Under the pieces are notes generated by a model. The model had not been told where the DNA came from. It saw only the letters and a program-made list of their open reading frames with translations, and made no database searches. Below, in pieces: positions 57,812 to 64,000 of a DNA stretch of 64,000 bases. The stretch is from an uncultured delta proteobacterium. GTDB taxonomy: Bacteria > Desulfobacterota > Binatia > Binatales > Binataceae. The DNA is taken from assembly GCA_963794325.1 (NCBI GenBank), contig CAWCDG010000007.1, forward strand, positions 1-64,000, given 5' to 3'. The position numbers were made by a program, and so were the translations under genes. Numbering within the stretch: the first letter of the stretch is position 1; each line of letters begins with the position of its first letter.

Positions 57812-59007
57812 ACGCGCGCACCGGGCCGCTGTCAGATGTTCGCGTGCTCGATCTCACGCAGGCGCTGGCCGGTCCATACTGCACGATGCTGCTGGCCGAC
57901 CTCGGCGCCGACGTTATCAAGGTCGAACCTCCCGCCGGCGACATGAGCCGAAGCATGGGACCGCATCCGGCGGATCGCAAAGGATGCGACTACGGCGGCT
58001 ACTTCGCGAGCGTCAATCGCAACAAGCGCAGCATCGTGCTCGACATCAAGACCGACGCGGGCCGCGACGCATTCTTCAAGCTCGTGAAGACGGCGGATGC
58101 GGTCGTCGAGAACGCGAAGACCGGCGTGATGGATCGCGCGGGAGTCAGCTACGAGCGGTTGCGTGAAATAAATCCGGCGCTGGTGTATGCCGCGATTCGT
58201 GGCTTCGGCGATCCGCGCACCGGCGCGAGCCCGTATGCGAATTGGCCGGCGTTCGACATCGTCGCGCAGAGCATGGGCGGGCTGGTTGCGATCACTGGTC
58301 CGCAAGGCAGCGCAGGCTACAAAGCCGGACCGGGAGTCGGCGACATTTATCCCGGCACTCTCGCCGCGTTGGGCGTTGTGTCTGCGGTTCATGCGGCGCG
58401 CCGCACCGGGCAGGGGCAATTTCTCGACGTCGCGATGTACGACGCGATCCTCGCGCTGTGCGAGATGATCGTTTACAGCTATTCGGCGGCCGGCATCGTC
58501 CGTGAGCCTGCAGGCAACGGCACTGCGGTGCTGTGTCCATTCGATATTTTTCCAACGCGCGACGGCGCGGTCGCGATCGCGGCGCCCGGCGAGAATCATT
58601 GGAAGATTTTGTGCGACGCGATCGGCCGGCCCGAGCTGGTGGCTGACGATCGCACGCGCAACGTCAATCGGCGCGTCGCCAACGCCGATTTCGTCCGCGG
58701 CACCCTCAGCGAGTGGACGAAGGCGCACACCACGCGCGATGTCGTCGGCGCGATCGGTGGCAAGGTGCCGGTTGGCCCGGTCAACACCGCCAGAGATATT
58801 TTCGAGGACCCGCATCCAAAGACGCGCGACATGCTGGTCCAGGTCGAGCAGCCGGGCGACAATCCTCCGCTGGTGATCGCGGGATGTCCGATCAAGCTGA
58901 CCAGGACGCCGTCGGGAATCTATGCGCGCGCGCCGCGCCTCGGCGAGCATACCGATCAGGTGCTGGCTGACGTGGGAATTTCAATCGCGCGAAAGGAGCA
59001 ATCATGA
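57808..59007 (+). CDS. Family III (CaiB/BaiF) CoA transferase
   Basis: RVLDLTQALAGP, LADLGADVIKVE, NRNKRS, AFD, APRLGEHT; ATGA overlap. Confidence 0.93.
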   Translation: MNARTGPLSDVRVLDLTQALAGPYCTMLLADLGADVIKVEPPAGDMSRSMGPHPADRKGCDYGGYFASVNRNKRSIVLDIKTDAGRDAFFKLVKTADAVVENAKTGVMDRAGVSYERLREINPALVYAAIRGFGDPRTGASPYANWPAFDIVAQSMGGLVAITGPQGSAGYKAGPGVGDIYPGTLAALGVVSAVHAARRTGQGQFLDVAMYDAILALCEMIVYSYSAAGIVREPAGNGTAVLCPFDIFPTRDGAVAIAAPGENHWKILCDAIGRPELVADDRTRNVNRRVANADFVRGTLSEWTKAHTTRDVVGAIGGKVPVGPVNTARDIFEDPHPKTRDMLVQVEQPGDNPPLVIAGCPIKLTRTPSGIYARAPRLGEHTDQVLADVGISIARKEQS

Positions 59008-59912
59008 CTCTTCGATTAAGACGTTCCGAACTTTCGACCCCGGCTTCGAGTCCGAAGATGATCGAGAAGGCGATGGCGACTGCCGCCGACATGGTGTTTC
59101 TCGATCTCGAGGATGCGGTCGCGCCGTCGCAGAAAGAAGCGGCGCGCAAGAACGCGGTCGATGCGCTCCGCAATCTCGATTGGGGCAACAAGGTGCGCGC
59201 AGTGCGCGTCAACGGCGCGGATACGCACTGGGCACACGACGATGTGATCAACGTCGTCGAGGGCGCGGGCGACAAGCTCGACGTAATCATCGTGCCGAAG
59301 CCGAAGGCGCCGCGCGACATCTGGTTCTTCGACACCCTGCTGACGCAGCTCGAGACCAAACTCCATCTGAAGAAAAAGATCGGACTCGAAGCTCTGATCG
59401 AGGAAAGCGCTGCGCTCGCGCGCGTCGAGGAAATAGCGGCGTCGTCGCCGCGTCTCGAGGCGCTCATACTCGGCTTCGGCGATCTGTCGGCGAGTCAGGG
59501 GATGCGCTTCGGCGTCGCCAGCGATCCGGCGCTGCGGTATCCCGGCGACATGTGGCATCACGCGCGCGTGCGGATGATCACGGCGTGCCGCGCCAACGGC
59601 CTCGACGCGATCGACGGTCCGTTCGGCAACTTCAAAGATCCGGACGGCTATCGGCGTGAGGCGACGTGGGCGGCGACGCTCGGAGCGGTCGGCAAATGGG
59701 CGATACATCCCAGCCAGATTGAAATTGCCAACGACGTGTTCGCGCCGACCCCGCACGAAATCGAAAACGCGCGCAAAATGTCCGAAGCCTATCAAGCCGC
59801 CACCCGCGACGGCGCCGGCGCCGCAGGCGCCGGCGGAATGCTCGTGGACGCAGTCGCAGTCCGAATCTTCGAAGGAGTCCTCGAGCGCGCCCGCCTCACC
59901 GGCCGCGCTTAA
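59004..59912 (+). CDS. CitE-like acyl-CoA lyase (malyl-/citramalyl-CoA lyase family)
   Basis: RRSELSTP, LDLEDAV, VRVN, LIE, GFGDLSAS, IDGP, GKWAIHPSQI, GMLVD. Confidence 0.92.
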   Translation: MTLRLRRSELSTPASSPKMIEKAMATAADMVFLDLEDAVAPSQKEAARKNAVDALRNLDWGNKVRAVRVNGADTHWAHDDVINVVEGAGDKLDVIIVPKPKAPRDIWFFDTLLTQLETKLHLKKKIGLEALIEESAALARVEEIAASSPRLEALILGFGDLSASQGMRFGVASDPALRYPGDMWHHARVRMITACRANGLDAIDGPFGNFKDPDGYRREATWAATLGAVGKWAIHPSQIEIANDVFAPTPHEIENARKMSEAYQAATRDGAGAAGAGGMLVDAVAVRIFEGVLERARLTGRA

Positions 59913-59918
59913 AAGTCA

Positions 59919-59960
59919 CGCCTGCGCGGCGCGCGCCAAGGGGTGACCCCTTGGAACCCG
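59919..59960. repeat. Extragenic palindromic element after the lyase gene
   Basis: CCAAGGGG-TGA-CCCCTTGG (59936-59954) followed by AACCC and preceded by a GC-rich CGCCTGCGCGGCG tract. Confidence 0.4.
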
Positions 59961-60285
59961 ATGTTACCGCGCTTTTCGAAGGTGTTGCCAAGTGGGCCCT
60001 CTTAACCGGCCGCGGTGTCCCTCGCAGCTTTCCAGCGGACGTTTGTCGAAAACCTTTATATTTCAGAAACTCCTTCGCGCGCGCGTTGTGAAGCTGATGA
60101 AAAATCGCAATCGAAAGGTAATGTACCAAAGTACAATATCCGCCCGTAACGGATCGGAGTATTTACCGAGGAAGAGTGCTGACGAAGGTCGGATCAAATC
60201 GTGACCACCCATCTCGGCACTGACTTTTTTCCCTCAATGGAGAGAGTTGACCTGAAATTCGCAATCTAACCAAAAGGAGATTGAA

Positions 60286-61779
<1,494 letters not shown>

Positions 61780-61808
61780 CCTGCCATCGAGCATCGACGA
61801 ACAGCTAG

Positions 61809-61844
61809 GGTGCTGTGTCCGGCCGGGGCGCAGGGCACAGCACC
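61809..61844. other. Stem-loop downstream of the sulfatase (stabiliser or terminator-like, no U tract)
   Basis: GGTGCTGTGTCC / GGGCACAGCACC. Confidence 0.45.
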
Positions 61845-61894
61845 TATCCTGACGCCCTGAGCGCAGCACCTAGAGATGAACATCGCGCGTTAAC

Positions 61895-62581
61895 GTGACC
61901 AGCACACCAAAGGCTTATCGCCAAGCCCTCGAGCCCCCGCGCGGCGCAGCCGTCGCCGGCGTGATTTTCTCGTTGCTGACGATCGTTGGACTGGGGCTCG
62001 TCCGGTACGCTGTGCCAACCGATCTGTCCCTGCCTGGTGTTTGGCTGACCGAGCCACACCGCCGAAACGCGGTACGGTATGCCCTCAACCTTGTTCCATT
62101 TGGCGGGATCGCATTTCTGTGGTTCATCGGTGTGCTCCGCAGCCGCATGGGAGAGCTTGAAGATCAGTTTTTCGCGACCGTATTTCTGGCCAGCGGGTTG
62201 CTGTTCGTCGCTTGCCTGTTCGGTTCCGCGGCGGTGATGGCAGCGCTGATTGAGTCAGTGGCCCAAGGTAATATCGCTAACGAGACCTACTACTTTAATC
62301 GCCGCGTAAGCGACGCCCTACTGAACCTGTTCGCCATGAAGATGGCAGGGGTCTTCATGTTCTCAACCTGCACCATCGGATTGCGTACTGCCATTTTCCC
62401 GCGCTGGGTGGCATTCCTGGGCTACGCGTGTGCCTTGGTGCTATTGGCAGTGATCGCGAACTGGAGATGGATCACGCTGGTCTTTCCCATCTGGATGCTG
62501 CTGGTTAGCGCGCAAATTTTATCGGCGGACTATCGCTCTCGACTAGCCGGAACAGCCGGTGGGGAGCACCCTCAGCCTTAA
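61895..62581 (+). CDS. Hypothetical integral membrane protein
   Basis: About six hydrophobic segments; FGGIAFLWFIGVLR...EDQFFATVF; follows the sulfatase. Confidence 0.75.
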   Translation: MTSTPKAYRQALEPPRGAAVAGVIFSLLTIVGLGLVRYAVPTDLSLPGVWLTEPHRRNAVRYALNLVPFGGIAFLWFIGVLRSRMGELEDQFFATVFLASGLLFVACLFGSAAVMAALIESVAQGNIANETYYFNRRVSDALLNLFAMKMAGVFMFSTCTIGLRTAIFPRWVAFLGYACALVLLAVIANWRWITLVFPIWMLLVSAQILSADYRSRLAGTAGGEHPQP

Positions 62582-62615
62582 GGACGAAGCACAACTCAAA
62601 GGGAGCCCAACGCAA

Positions 62616-63011
62616 ATGGCCGAGCAGACTTCGCAGAGCGCACCGCCGCTCGACAATTCGACCATACTGGCCTTTGATCGCACCCGCGCTGCCTACGAGC
62701 GCACGATGATGGCGTGGATCAGAACCGCGACTTCGCTAATAACCTTCGGCTTCACCATCTACAAATTCTTTCAGATCGAAGCGCCTCCGCCCGGACATCA
62801 GAATCGCCTAATCGGGCCACGCGGCTTCGCCTTCATACTGGTGAGCATCGGACTCTTCTCACTGATCCTGGCGACCCTTGAGCACCGCCAGAACATTCGA
62901 ACGCTCGGAGCGCAATACGCCGGGAAGCGGCGCTCACTGGCTGTGCTGGTCGCCGCGCTGATCTCGATCCTCGGGATACTCGCACTTGTCGTGATAATTT
63001 TTCGTCAATAA
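62616..63011 (+). CDS. DUF202/YidH-family membrane protein
   Basis: AYERTMMAWIRTATSLITFGF signature; three TM segments. Confidence 0.85.
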   Translation: MAEQTSQSAPPLDNSTILAFDRTRAAYERTMMAWIRTATSLITFGFTIYKFFQIEAPPPGHQNRLIGPRGFAFILVSIGLFSLILATLEHRQNIRTLGAQYAGKRRSLAVLVAALISILGILALVVIIFRQ

Positions 63012-63028
63012 CCGCCGTCGACAAAGAG

Positions 63029-63299
63029 CTACTCTGGTTTGAGCCGGGGATCCTCAGTCGAAACGCATTGCGCCTGCTTGTAGATATTGACCCAGACCTG
63101 TCTGTTCTTGGAGTTCGTCCGTCGAATGTCCCTATCCAGCACATGCTCGCATTCATCCTTGTTGCGATAGGTCGTAGGCCGCTTTAGCCATTGGCTGAGT
63201 GGCGCATCCACGTTGCCCGTTGGATAGTCGCGGCCCGTTGGCGGCAACATCAGGATACCAGCCGACCAAAGCGAGCGCGGCAGCGTGGTGCGTCTTCAT
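63029..63299 (-). CDS. Small secreted two-Cys hypothetical protein, split by a 1-nt frameshift at 63253-63254
   Basis: Removing one base (TGG TAT C CTG ATG) joins MKTHHAAALALVGWY to LMLPP...APLSQW...C...CVSTEDPRLKPE. Confidence 0.7.
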
Positions 63300-63353
63300 T
63301 CTACTTTTCTTTGAGTCGAGGATCCTCGATGGCGACGCAAGCGGCATGATCTT

Positions 63354-64000
63354 TCACTTTGGGGCTTGCGACTGGAAGAAGGTCCACATCGTGGCGTTCG
63401 CGTCGATGTTGTCGGTTACGGGGCCGAGGATTTTTGTCGCCAGCCATCCTTGATGAGCGCCCGGCCAGGTGTGGCCACCGTCCTGCACGATGACGTTCTC
63501 CAGTCCGCGCCCGGGTGGACAGGAATAGGTCTCGACGGTTACCTGCATCGGATCGTTTTTCGTCGACAGTTGCGTTTTTTGCGCCGCGCCGCAGCCGTTG
63601 CGTTTCTGCCAGATAGCGACCGCCTGCGCATTGCTCATCGCGGAGCCGCGGTTGCCGAATTGTGGAGCGATCGGGCCGCCATTGAACGGAACTAATTTGT
63701 CAGCGGTGCCGTGAAAGAAGATTACAGGCATGGGACGCGGCGAAGGGCACACCGCATCGACCGGCTGGGTCGCCGCTATCACCGCGATTCCGGCCAGCGC
63801 GTCCGGCATCACGCATGCCATGTGCTGCGCCATGAAGCCGCCGTTGGAAATTCCCGCGGCATAGACGCGCTTCGGATCGATCAGTCCCTGCGCGGCGACC
63901 TCTGCCAGCATCGCCTTCATGAACCCGATATCGTCCGCGGCGGATTCATGTCCGATTACGCGGCCGTCATTCCAATGCTTTTCGATACCATTCGGATACA
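63354..64000 (-). CDS. PHB depolymerase-family / LpqC-like esterase (5' end outside window)
   Basis: GISNGGFMA nucleophile elbow, FHGTAD, GGHTWPG; frame stays open to the window edge (WNDGR...DDIGF). Confidence 0.85.
   Translation of the reverse strand, partial: YPNGIEKHWNDGRVIGHESAADDIGFMKAMLAEVAAQGLIDPKRVYAAGISNGGFMAQHMACVMPDALAGIAVIAATQPVDAVCPSPRPMPVIFFHGTADKLVPFNGGPIAPQFGNRGSAMSNAQAVAIWQKRNGCGAAQKTQLSTKNDPMQVTVETYSCPPGRGLENVIVQDGGHTWPGAHQGWLATKILGPVTDNIDANATMWTFFQSQAPK

Overview
A GC-rich bacterial chromosomal window, about 70 genes. 1-12.2 kb holds the distal S10, spc and alpha ribosomal operons (rpsC partial to rplQ, with secY, adk, map, infA, rpoA). Three genes there are missed or mis-started by the ORF track (rpmC, rplX, rpmJ), and uL5 is unusually long (279 aa). 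Next come tldD-pmbA, a Crp/Fnr-family regulator and clpB. A metal-homeostasis block follows (cupredoxin, monoheme cytochrome c, CzcCBA-type RND pump, ferritin-like/VIT1 fusion), then hopanoid side-chain genes (hpnJ-hpnI plus a DMT transporter) and a His-rich lipoprotein behind a sigma54-type promoter. After these lie an orphan divergent QueC-like gene with a BMP lipoprotein, an ArnT-like glycosyltransferase with a flippase-like gene, ggt, a P450, several hydrolases, a 1320-aa tandem double GT-C/YfhO-like membrane protein, a CoA-dependent MaoC/ACAD/MaoC/CoA-transferase/lyase operon, an arylsulfatase and small hypotheticals. The best candidate for an undescribed system is 44.6-47.6 kb: a LuxI/FeeM-like GNAT acyltransferase and an RtxC-like desaturase, transcribed divergently from a stand-alone IrrE/ImmA-type HExxH metallopeptidase that has no neighbouring HTH repressor. 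Four single-base frameshifts (about 37005, 37548, 56270 and 63253) look like assembly indel errors. Gene content and a characteristic small 'WYLMxPP...DPRLK' protein suggest Candidatus Binatia (Binatota); this is inference from recall, not tested. No tRNA, rRNA, CRISPR array, integrase or transposase was recognised. All calls are by eye from motifs; no searches were run.
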